Source of the DNA: Octopus vulgaris
Lineage: Eukaryota
Length of the DNA: 64,000 nt
Reading direction: 5' to 3'
NCBI GenBank assembly: GCA_951406725.2
Contig: OX597826.1
Coordinates: forward strand, 83,762,001-83,826,000
Both the position numbers and the translations under genes were made by a program. Every line of letters begins with the position of its first letter. Position 1 is the first letter of the stretch. Of this stretch, positions 13,141 to 24,622 are shown piece after piece. The notes beneath the pieces are model-generated. The model had not been told where the DNA came from and did not search any database. It was given only the letters and a program-made list of their open reading frames with translations.

Positions 13141-13462
13141 ACATTATTTACATTATTTACATTTGACAGATATTTGTCCCACGAACATATGGTGTAGTGG
13201 TTAAGAGCATGGGCTACTAACTCCAAGATTCTGAGTTCAATTCCAGGCAGTGACCTTAATAATAATAATAATAATAACATTGAAAAATACCTTAGGAATG
13301 AGAACCCAGGTTTGAAATTTCCCCAAGACACCTGATTAAAGCTGGAGGGTATATCAGCTGAAACGTTGTGTTAATAACAAACAAGATGAGGACAAACATC
13401 CATCAAATATAAATAATGTAAATAATGTCCATAATTCCTCATCTCTTAAATAAAGAACTGTA
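13141..13462 (+). mobile_element. tRNA-headed hammerhead SINE with 39-bp inverted 5' segment and 34-nt 3' extension
   Basis: Inverted tail piece at 13141-13179. A box tggtgtagtgg and B box gagttcaattcc, then (AAT)n. Hammerhead core at 13327-13372 (CTGATTA variant). Tail (atgtaaata)n plus extension at 13429-13462. Confidence 0.82.
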
Positions 13463-13477
13463 TTGTTCGGTTGTTAT

Positions 13478-14445
13478 CATCACCATTATCGTTTAATGTC
13501 TGCTTTCCATGCTGGCATGGGTTGAACGGTTTGACTGAGGATTGGTGAGCCAGATGGCTGGACCAGACTCCAATCTGATCTGGCAGAGTTTCTACAGCTG
13601 GATGCCACCCTTCCTAATGCCAACCACTCCAAGAATGTAGAGGGTGCTTTTCCGTGCCACCAGCACAAGGGCCAGTCAGGCAGTACTGGCAACAGCCACG
13701 CTCAAATGGTATTTTTTATGTGCCACCTGGACAGGAGCCAGTCCAGCGGAACTGGCAATGACCTCGCTCAAATATTTTTCACGTGCTACAGGCACAAGTG
13801 CCAGTAAGGTGACACTGGTAATGACCACGCTTGAATGGTGCCCTTTTACATGCCACCTGTACGGAAGCGTCAACTGCTCTGGTAATGATCATGTTCGGAT
13901 GGTGCTCTTAGCACTCCACTAGCACGGATGCCAGTCAAGCAGTGCTGTCATCGAATTTTGTTTTCACTTGCCTCAACAGGTCTTCGTAAGCAGAGTTTAG
14001 TGTCCAATGAAGGAAAGGTACGCATAAGTGGGCTGGTTACGCTCCTGGCATAGGCCACGGGTTATGGTCTCACTTGGCTTGCCAGGTCTTCTCAAGCACA
14101 GCATATTTCCAAAAGTCTTGGTCACTACTCATTGCCTCGGTGAGGCCTAATGTTCGAAGGTCGTGCTTCACCACCTCATCCCAGGTCTTCCTGGGTCTTC
14201 TTCTTCCACAGGTTCCCTTAACTGCTAGGATGTGGCACTTTTTCACGCAGCTATCCTCATCCATTCTCGCCACATGACCATACCAGCACAGTCGTCTTTC
14301 TTGCACACCACATCTGATGCTTTTTAACTCCAACTTTTCTCTCAAGGTACTTACACTCTGTCGAGTATGCACACTGACATTACTCATCCAGTGGAGCCTG
14401 ATCTGGCTTCATTCCTTGCAAACTTACGTATGTCCTCAGCAGTCA
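13478..14445 (-). mobile_element. RTE-clade LINE, 5'-truncated (ORF C-terminus and 3' UTR)
   Basis: ORF 14070-14387 reads ...RRLCWYGHVARMDEDSCVKK...RRRPRKTWDEVVKHDL..., a typical RTE C-terminus. 3' UTR has internal tandem repeats and a (GAT)-type tail. Confidence 0.88.
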
Positions 14446-15692
14446 CGGCAAAAATGAATGGCAAAAATTATCTTTGGTGGAATTTGAACTCAGAACACAA
14501 AAGACAGGTGAAATGCCGCTGTTTTGCTCAACAATGCAAACAGTTGTTCTGCCAAACTGGAAGAGGCTTCATATTGCTGCAACAAAGAACAAGCCATCCA
14601 TGCTTACAAAAGGAATAAGAACATGTGGCACCAGAATGTGCAAGGCATGTGTGTGTCTGTATATTCTGTGAGACTCCTCTGCATTGAAACCGTCTTCGTA
14701 TTTTTTGTTCTTGCTCCAAACAACAGGCAAAACAGACTAAAAAAATAAATAAGAGAAAGTTAGAAAATGTAAAAATATTCAAAAGCAGAGGGGGCAGGGT
14801 AAGAGCAAGGGGTGCAGAGTACCCCACCTAGATTAAATGGTTTGAGAAGCAAACTAAGAACAACAAAGTCAAAGCTAGACTGTTTTTTTGAAAAGCTAAC
14901 TCACTGAGACTAACCACTGAACCTAACGTTCATAATTAAGACATCAATTATGAGTGAAAGCAGGAATAAACAGGAACGGCAGCTGCGTGTTTAGCGATTG
15001 ATGATATAAAATAACAGCAATGAAACAGTAATTTCATCTGCTGCAGGTTGGGGAAGGAAACCTCCTTTACATTGTTGACTGAACTGCTAGAAATAGCAGT
15101 CAAATCTCCTTTAAATCACATCATCATTATCATTTAAGTGTGTTTTCTATGCTGGCATGGGTTGGACGGTTTGACAGGATCTGGTAATTCAGAAGACTGC
15201 CAGGCTCTACTGTCTCCTCTGGAATGGCTTCTATGGCTGGATGCCCTTCCTAAAGCCAACTGGGTGCCATTTATGTGGCACCAGCATTTGTGGGGGTCAC
15301 TTAGTAACTTACAGACAAGACCCATAGACTGAAGGGAGGAGGGAGTATTGACGGGCAGAAATAAGTAAATTGCCATAGAGAAGAAATATGGCTGTTTCAG
15401 AGAGAGAGAGAGAGAGAGAAGGAAAGAGGGGGAAGGAAGGAGAGAGAGAGATAAGACAGTGAAGCTCTGATGGGGTGTACATCCATGATACAGATGGATG
15501 GAGATGGAGAGGGTGAGTGTGGGGGGGGGGTTGCAAAATTGTGAAAGGAAAGTGTGAGATGGAAGGGGGTATGTGGGGAATAGGTAGAGGTAGTGAGAGG
15601 GGTACAGCTTTGTATTTAAGAGATGAAGAATTATGGACATTATTTACATTATTTACATTTGACAGATATTTGTCCTCATCTTGTTTGTTGTT

Positions 15693-15738
15693 AACACAAC
15701 GTTTCGGCTGATATATCCTCCAGCCTTCATCAGGTGTC
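15693..15738 (-). ncRNA. Minimal type-I hammerhead ribozyme motif, intact core, palindromic loopless stem III
   Basis: Minus strand reads gacac-CTGATGA-a-ggctg(gaggatatat)cagcc-GAAAC-GTT-gtgtt. Stem I gacac/gtgtt, 5-bp stem II, AACGTT palindrome. Confidence 0.8.
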
Positions 15739-15802
15739 TTGGGGAAATTTCAAACCTGGGTCCTCATTCCTAAGGTATTTTTGGATGTTGTTGTTGTTGT
15801 TG

Positions 15803-15843
<41 letters not shown>

Positions 15844-16062
15844 GTTCAGGTCACTGCCTGGAATTGAACTCGGAATCTTGGAGTTAGTAGCCCATGCTCT
15901 TAACCACTGCGCCATATGCCCAGGCATATGGCATAGTGGTTAAGAGCGTGAGTTACTAACCCCAAGATTCCAAGTTTGATTCTAGGCAATGACCTGAACA
16001 ATAATAACAACAACATCCAAAAATACCTTGGGAATGAGAGCCCAGGTTCGAAATTTCCCCAA

Positions 16063-16108
16063 GACACCTGATGAAGGCTGGAGGGTAGATCAGCCAAAAC
16101 GTTGTGTT
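16063..16108 (+). ncRNA. Hammerhead ribozyme motif with G12A core mutation (likely inactive)
   Basis: gacac-CTGATGA-a-ggctg(gagggtagat)cagcc-AAAAC-GTT-gtgtt. Confidence 0.7.
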
Positions 16109-17776
16109 AACAACAAACAAGATGAGGACAAATATCCGTCAAATGTAAATAATGTAAATAATGTAGTGAGAGGGGTGTTAGGAGAATACATTGTGGTGGG
16201 AGGAAGAGAGTCAACAGGTACATATTGTAATGTGCAGGTAAGTTCATGAGGGAGAGTGGAAGATAGAGTGGAGGGGAATAGAGTGGGTGGTGAGCACGGA
16301 TAGGGAAGGGGGTGTTGGGAAAAGGGGATGTAAAGAAAAAGTTTGTCAGGGACAGATTGTGTGCAGGGGTGGAAAGCATGGCCATAAAGGACATTCAATT
16401 ATGGCCTTAATAGGGTCTCCTTAAGCCCATCAAATGACCACCTGTTGCAGTTCTTTGTCCTCTATTCTGTAAGATTCAGCATCTGAAGATCATCTTTTAA
16501 AAAAAGGAACCCATTAGATACAAAATATCAGGATTAAAACAGAGTGGTCACTTCTGGAATGGCTTTTGATTAGCTTCAACTCCACTTCATTGAAGTTAAC
16601 TTGGATCTAAACAGCAAAATTCTCTTTATCAACCAGCCAAGACGACTCTACGCTAGAAATAGCAGTAAAATCTCCCTCATATCACAATCTCCTATCTTAA
16701 AAAATGTGCACAGTTGATGATGAAGTTTTACACGAAACAGAAGCGTTCCAGCTTGAACAGTCTGCAGCATAAGAAGTGCTCTGAGCAACAGCTAAACCAA
16801 TCATCGTCTGCAGGACTCCATTAAACTTCTTTTGATATCGTTAATTATTCCCGTGTGACAAGATACTTGACAGCAAACGTTTTGTTGTGCAGCCAATTCA
16901 GAGAATTATTCACAGATTTTTATCACATGATATCAAACTTTCAAAATGATATATGACAACAACTTTCTATGATATCGCATTGTTTTAGTTTATATTTTAT
17001 ATCAAAATTGCTAAACAACAACATTATTGGTTTCCATTTTCTGATGGCTCAGTTACTGGTTCTCCACCTTTCTGAGGATAAGGGTGACAGGATAACGCCA
17101 TGCCTGTGCAACTTGAGACATAAACCACAGAGAAATTTGCAGAGAGGAGTCTTAGCTTTGTCTTTCACATGTAGACTTCTCAACCACACAGCTATGCTCT
17201 CCATGCCAGGTTTATCTGAATCTTGTCTCTTTAGGATGAACAACAATGTTGAGTTTGTTGAGGATTTGGTCACAGCGGAACCTGATTATTTTGTGTTCTC
17301 TCAATACTATCATCATCATCATCATCATCATCCTTTAACATCCATGTTCCAGGCTAGCATGGGTCAGAGGGTTTGATTGGACCCAATGGCTCTAAGGACT
17401 GCATCAGGCTTCAATGTCTTTAGCATGGCTTCTATAGCTGGATGCCCTTTCTAAGACCAACCACTCACCAGCATGGACTGGGCGGTGTTTTCATAAACCC
17501 TAGTGGTAGGGCATGTCAGCTTTATGCTGGGGGATGAGGGGTTAAGATATGAGGGAAGGGGGAAAAGGCAGAGCAGGTTCTTGTAGGAAGAGTTGCAGGA
17601 TTACTCAGAAAAGGGAAGGAAAGAATGATCAGTGGGAGTTGCAAAGAGATAGTTGAGATGAGGTGTCCAGGTGGCCCCCATCAAAGCACAAGGGAAGAAG
17701 TAGGTGGGTGTGGAGAGGCAGTGAAGCATGTCACAGTCATCCAATGCATCTGATTCTGTCATGGTGGTGGTGGTGG

Positions 17777-18009
17777 TGGTGGCCAGCTGGCAGAAACGGT
17801 AGCACACCGGGCGAAATGCTTAGAGGTATTTCGTCTGCCGCTACGTTCTGAGTTCAAATTCCGCCGAGGTCGACTTTGCCTTTCATCCTTCCGGGGTCGA
17901 TTAAATAAGTACCAGTTGTGCACTGGGGTCGATATAATCGACTTAATCCCTTTGTCTGTCCTTGTTTGTCCACTCTATGTTTAGCCCCTTGTGGGTAGTA
18001 AAGAAATAG
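17777..18009 (+). mobile_element. Near-full-length tRNA-derived SINE (Meta/MESC-like) inserted in (GGT)n
   Basis: Head ggccagctggcagaaacggtagcac, B box gagttcaaattcc, central domain and tail. (GGT)n on both sides. Confidence 0.85.
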
Positions 18010-20878
18010 GTGGTGGTGGTGAAACTCATAAAGTCTTTCTGTGACCCAAGGGGAGATGAATTCTAATGTCTCCATTGCAGACATTCTTCAGTTCTGCCTC
18101 AACTATAAGAATTCATCTTTCTTCGTGGCACAGACATTTGCCTTGCAAGTCTACAAATTGTCTGCCAATGCAGGTCATCAACCAACTTCCTCACGGTCAC
18201 CTTTCAACTTCTCACATAAAATGAAATACTTTTAACTTTTAAATCCTTCTGAGACCAAAGTGCCAAAGAAACACTGTTTATTCAATTAATTTTGAAATAA
18301 TTGGCAAAGATTTTGTGAAATATCTTTTTCATTGTTGAATTGTTTGGAAGATATCTTAACAAAATGGGTTTTCTCTATAAAACCACAAACGTCTTGAAGG
18401 ATGTCTTAAATGTAAACAACATTTTGGAATGGTAGATTCCATATCAGAACTAGAAACTGTCCCAGCTTGGCTGCCTCTTACTTTTCAAAACAGTTAAACC
18501 CCATCATGGGTCTCATAAAATGGTTTCTAATGGTATGTTTGACAGCATTGAACTTACAGCATTTTCCAATCTTTCTAACAATGAAATAACCAAAGCACTA
18601 AATGCATTCACACACACACATGCACCCCCCACACACATACACATGCACACACACGCACATGCACACACGTGACTCTCTCTCCCCCCCCTCTTTCTCTTTC
18701 ACTAATTCCGCTGTATTGTACTTTGTCCAGATTAATATTCAGATTGCCTTTATTAGTCTCTAAATATTTCCATGGGAATTCTATTCTTCAAATGAATTTC
18801 TTTGGTCTGTTCCTCCATCTATAAATCACATTCTTTCCATTAACTTTACCGATTCTCTATTAATCTCTCAAGAATTTTCTTTGAGGTTTGTTCAGACAAT
18901 TGCCCTCACAAATAATGCCTTCTTCAGATTTTGGCAGTAATAATTCTGTTTATGCCTTCCAGGGCCTGATTGAAGTTTATGAAAGATCTAAAGAAAAGCC
19001 AGAGATGTCACAACAAAGAGTATCTCACACACACAGACATCGAAAGTTGCCTTGGCTATTAATTAAAACAATGGGGCTGTTGGTGCATGGTCACTAAGCC
19101 AGAGGAAGGGCTGTAGTTGTTTGTATCAATCCCCAGTATATAACTGGTACATCTCTCATCAATTTCTATCATGAGTTAAATAAAGATCAATGCCAACCCT
19201 GGAAGGATTTGAACAGAGAGTTTATGAGTCAACAAGGGACAGTCTATGTGGTTGTTCAACCTGTTTAAAATAGCAGTCAAATCTCAAAATCAAATCATTA
19301 TTATCTGAAATAAATAAAGGTCATGGTAAATAATGTGGTTGTAGGTGGCCAATAAAAAGGCTGCACGGCCAGAGCTTTGATCATGGACGTGGTCAATTGC
19401 TCCATCAAGGTTGACCTGGGGCTAAACAACGTTTAGTAAAAGCATTTTGTAACAAACACACACACTTACACATACACACACATATACGCACACATATACG
19501 CACACATATACGCACCCAATTACACACACATATACACACATGCACTCATATACACACATACATAAACACACACATACATAAACACACGCATACACTTACA
19601 CATATACACACATGCACACACTATTGACCTCTTGGCAGAATCCTTAAGGCGCTGGACAAATTCTTTCTAGTATTTAATCTGGCTCTTTAAATTTTGAGTT
19701 CAATTCCCTGTAAAGACAGCTTCGTCTTACATCCTTCTGGGGTTCAATGAAATAAAATACCAGTCAACTCCTAAGGTCAACAAAATCAACCGCCCCCCAC
19801 CCGTAACTTAGCAGTTCGGCAAAAGATACCAATAGAATAAGTACTAGGCTTATAAAGAATAAGTCCTGGGACTGATTTCTTCGATTAAAAGTGGTGCTCC
19901 AGCATTGCCACAATCAAATGACTGAAACATGTAGACGAATTTGTGTGTGAAGCGAGCAAAATTGTTAGCCTTGTGTTTTGAGTTGAAACCCCACAAAGGT
20001 CATCCTTTCAGGGTTGATGGAAATAGGGGACAGGTCCCGTTCTGCTGTAATAAGCCTCCCTCCACACCCACCGAATTTCAGGCTTTGTGTCTACAACAGA
20101 AACGACTGTTGTTGTTGTTGTTGCTGTTATGAATGCAGATGGAACTATTCCTCGTTAGTGAATAATGTATCTTGCAGCAGTGGGAACATGTTAACGAGAA
20201 GGTAGCTGTCTCTGTTGTTATTACCATCATCGTCATAGTTACCAGACGCTGTCATCATCATCATCATCAGCAATGTTGTTACATCGCCTACTGTGTGTTG
20301 TCAGCATCACATCATTTCATCACCTGGGATGAAATTATTAGCAGAGTGGGGGGGTGATGGGGTTGGGGTGGAGCTGCAGACTCCATCAGTTTCAAGTAGG
20401 GAGATAAAGACGGGGGGGTGAGAGGGAAGGTAGGGAGGAAAGAAAGAGTAGGAAGAATGAGGTGAGAGGGAGAGGCAGAGAGAGGATGATAGTGATGAGG
20501 GAAAGGAACAGAAGGAAATGGTAAGAGTGGTAGGAGAAGGGGAAGAGGAGGAGGAGAAGGAGAGTATGAGAGGTAAAGCAGCAGGGAGAGAGGAGATGAA
20601 GAGAGAGAGAGAGAGAGAGGTGGAGGAATAAGAGAAGAGAGAGAGAGAGTGATGATAGAAAGAGAGATGGAGAGATGTGAAAGAGAAAGAGTGAGATTTG
20701 TTGGTTTAGAGATGGGGAAAGATGATGGAAATGAAGGAATTGAAAGAGAGAGAGAGAGGAAGAACAGGAGAGGGATTAGAGATATGCACCATGTGACCCA
20801 TAATTCTGTCTCACACCCACCCACCCCCCACACACGCACAACATAGAGAGCAATAAAAATTGGTAGTTTTCTTTGTTG

Positions 20879-20979
<101 letters not shown>

Positions 20980-21439
20980 GGAAGGGTTGCATCAAGAATG
21001 GAGATGCTGTGAGATCTGTCCCACCAAAGCCAGCCAGAAGAGAGGAAAATAGAATGATGATAACAATACAGACAGACAGACAGACATACTTGTGTGTGTG
21101 TGTTTTAAAAATCTTATGGAAACACAACAAATGGAAAACCTAACAAACAAAATTTTCCGCTAATTGCCCATCGGCTGAAATTGATGTGGCCCCTGCTCTG
21201 ATCAACTCCTGTCAAACTGTCCGATCCATACCAGCAGGCAAAACGGATTTTAAGTGATGATCATCTAAATACAAATGATGATAACGATACAGGCATGCTT
21301 ATAACACCAACCACTTTACAGAGTGTAATGGCTGCTTTTTACGTTGCTCTGGGTGTGTGTGTGTGTGTGTGTGTGTATGTACATATGTATGCATGAATGT
21401 ATGAATGTAGTATGTATTCTCATGCATATATTTGCATAT

Positions 21440-22400
21440 CTAATCATGCTCATATATAATTAAATGCTAAGCTTCTGGAAAGTTTTACAAACAGTTCCAG
21501 TGATGGATTGGATCTGTTGTCTTTGAATTAGTTTTCTCCTTTCTAGTTTTGAGAAGCCTAATTTCTCAAGATTGGTATTTAGGCAGTGTATTACATATCC
21601 CAGTGCCCTAATAATTACAGATATAAACCTGGACCTGTAATCTGGATAGAGTAACTGCAGATTTCTCAAATAGTTCAGCATAGGTGTTCTCTTTTTCACT
21701 GATCTTCAGCTTTATGTTAATATCCATTGGGCAGCTAATTTCCGCAACTGTACGCAGTTTCTCTTCTATATCCCTAATCATTATATCAGGTATGTTGTGC
21801 TTACATTTTATTGAGGTCTTCACTGATACATTCCAACAGCACCCCTTTTTATTATAAGTGGCTGTGGCTTCTGTCATATTGTGGGCTTTTATTTCATTGT
21901 CCTCGGGATTATCCTTCCGACGGATTTCATTATAGAGTGTCTTAGCTACAACATCATGTCTCATCGGTAGATATAACTATGATGACATTTTCAGACAACT
22001 TCTTATGATGTGGGTGATATCTTTAGTGTGAACTCCACAAATTTGCATTGGTTGTCACATTTTACTGTTTTTCCTGCATCTCTATCCCTTTTGTACATCA
22101 GGTACTTGGTTGATATTTCCTGTTCCTGAATTGCAAATGTATACCCTTCAAAGTGGGAGGTAGTAATCTAGCTATTCGTCCATTATAAACTGCTTTGATG
22201 ATCGATGTTACTATCATCTCGGAGCTTTCTACTCACATATCCATGCATAGTCTTCTGCTCATATAAGCTCATCCTTTCATCTAATGATACTTTGCGGTAG
22301 TGTTGTGCGACTTCTTTGGGCATGCATTCTAGGTTATCAGACAAAGAGCATTGCTCAAGGAGCTGCCGTCCAAGTCTTATGATGTTATCAGCCTCAGGTA
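21440..22400 (-). mobile_element. R4/Dong-like non-LTR retrotransposon fragment (CCHC knuckle and restriction-like endonuclease), decayed
   Basis: Minus-strand translation with frameshifts and stops: FEGYTFAIQEQEISTKY...C..CGVHTKDITHIIRSC...RHDVVAKTLY...KHNIPDIMI...VAEISCP...KISEKENTY. Confidence 0.82.
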
Positions 22401-22833
22401 TGTAAACTTAGTCAAAGATGCACTTTGACACTTGGTGGTTAGAAGATGTTGCCAAAGGAATATGTATGTATGTATGTACCTGTGTGTATGCATGTATGTA
22501 TGTATGTATTTTATATATGTATGTACCTGTGTGTATGTATGTATGTATGCATGCATGTATTTGTGCATGTATGTATGTATTGCAACCTGTTTGCATGTAG
22601 TTCTATGCCAGAAGACTACAATAAAAAATAACAAGTTTTGGATCAGAAATTAATTCTGTTTTTACCTGCTTCAATTCCACGAACTGTCAGGTGTGCAGCA
22701 TTGTCAGGGTTATTAGTTTGTTAATTTGAAGTAAGAAAAGGCAGCTTCTCACATTTGGTGTTGGTGAATGCAAAGTGGTGGGTCTAGAATAGAAGCAGCA
22801 CATAGATTTACAAGAGTCGTATAAAGTGTGTGT

Positions 22834-22933
22834 NNNNNNNNNNNNNNNNNNNNNNNNNNNNNNNNNNNNNNNNNNNNNNNNNNNNNNNNNNNNNNNNNNN
22901 NNNNNNNNNNNNNNNNNNNNNNNNNNNNNNNNN
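22834..22933. other. Assembly gap (100 N, probably of unknown size)
   Basis: Run of exactly 100 N between (GT)n and (TA)n. Confidence 0.99.
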
Positions 22934-23110
22934 TATATATATATATATACCCATATATATAGCATATAATACAAGTGCAATACGATTCTGCAATATGTTT
23001 CACAATACAAAACATTTGAAACAATTTGTCTGTCCTATGCAAGGATATAAATTAATGACAGATAATAAATTTGATCCTTATTGCCCAAAAAGCCTAAGAA
23101 AGTCACTCAC

Positions 23111-23270
23111 CAACAGCATACACCATTCCGTTGAGCACAGTAACTCCAGCACCGGCTCGTCTCTTGTTCATGTAAGCAATTGTGGTCCATTTATTTGTTA
23201 GTGGATTGTATCTTTCACAACTATCCAGTGAAGTTGATCCATCATTGCCACCAACAGCATAGAGATAACC
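23111..23270 (-). CDS. KLHL8: KLHL8 coding exon 5 (kelch repeat 4 and start of repeat 5); CDS incomplete downstream
   Basis: ttctag| acceptor and |GTGAGT donor. Encodes GYLYAVGGNDGSTSLDSCERYNPLTNKWTTIAYMNKRRAGAGVTVLNGMVYAV(G). 160 bp, phase 0-1. Confidence 0.93.
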
Positions 23271-24339
23271 CTAGAAATTTGGAAGGACAAAAAATAGCAA
23301 AATGAAAATTGTGGAAATAAATGTCATATGACAAGGTAAAACATAAGCATCTGATGGGCTAAAAACAAGAATTAAAATAAAAAGATCTGCAGTCGATTAA
23401 GTTGTGCATTTGCTAGGAATGCAAAACTAATGTCAATCACTCAATCTTATTCCTTTGCTTTATTTCTTTGAATTAGTGAAATATTATGTTTATGCCCCAA
23501 AATAAAACCAAACAGCTAATGCAGCAACAAAAATGCAATAAGACTACTACTACTACTACTGTAATAAAGGTGCTGCTCTATTAATTACTATCATCTGACA
23601 TATGTAGAAGTCCCAACATTTTTGGTAGGGGAGAGGAACAAGCATACAATTTGATCATCCATGAGTTACTGGTGCTTATCTTATTAAGCTTGGTTTCATG
23701 AAAGACAAGGTCAATGTTGGTAGGATAAATTACAACAAATGCATTAAGAAAAAAAAATGGAAATATTTACCATCTGTCATATTCCCAAACCTCTGAAAGT
23801 ATTCTTAAGAACCAAATCAGTAATTTGGTTCAGCTTTCATAATATTAAGTGGATTAGAAACAAAATCCTCTCCTGGGATTATGAATCTAGGATGTGGAGT
23901 TGACATTTCCTGAAATATTTGCACTTATTTCTGTGAACTGAACTGAAACATCAAACGATGGATCTTAAGAGACAATCTGTCGACCTCATCCATTTCATCA
24001 TTTCAACACCCTTTGCTTTTATTCTATCATCACATTAAATGGTAGAATATCAGAAGCTATACAGTGCAATGGTGTAAATATTGCCTTAAAAGTGGAGGTA
24101 GTTGAGAGAGAGGAGGAGAAGGAGGGCACCAGACAAAATTCTTTGAATGCATTAAGTTTCATCATTGTATGTCTTGCGTTCAAAAGCCACATGGGGCAAT
24201 TCTTGTCATTCCTTCCACCTAAATCAATTAAATAAGTTCCAACCAAGAGATTCAATTAACTAAACCACTACTAGAAACCTGAGGTCTTGTGCCAGTACAG
24301 ATAAGTTATTAGTACAATTCATTCAAACATATACATATA

Positions 24340-24622
24340 CCCAGGCCTATTCTCCAATTTTTTCAGAAGGGGGTAGCCACAACAAGACACACGCCAAGCA
24401 TTCCATTCATTTCCCAGCTCAAAGTGGCAAGCCCCAAAGGCACAGAATGCAACCCTCAATATCAGCAGCGGGGCCCGACAACATATGTTGGTTTACTCCT
24501 GCCGCATCATGCTGGTTCTGTACCCTTTTGAGCAACATCAAATTCACTCATCCGTCCACAAACACTCTCCAAGCTTTCCTATCATTTATAAACTCTCTTG
24601 CTTCTCTCACTCCAACACCTCT
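24340..24622 (-). mobile_element. LINE (RTE-like) 3' end fragment
   Basis: Minus-strand RGVGVREAREFINDRKAWRVFVDG* resembles the RTE terminal DRxxWR motif, followed by a UTR. Confidence 0.55.

Larger units (their letters stand above)
15604..16162. mobile_element. Head-to-head dimer of tRNA-headed hammerhead SINE, single insertion with 14-bp TSD
   Basis: Minus unit ~15604-15920 and plus unit 15923-16164, joined by 'ca'. Direct repeat gtagtgagaggggt at 15590-15603 and 16163-16176. Confidence 0.87.

Noticed and set aside
13640-13950. Regularly spaced ~55-60-bp repeats (gtgctttt..gtgccacc) resembling a CRISPR array
   Set aside because: Eukaryotic context, the 'spacers' are homologous to each other, and the block is part of the RTE 3' UTR.
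15923-16000. Possible functional tRNA gene
   Set aside because: Poor acceptor stem, diverged copies, and always fused to the same downstream body; it is a SINE head.
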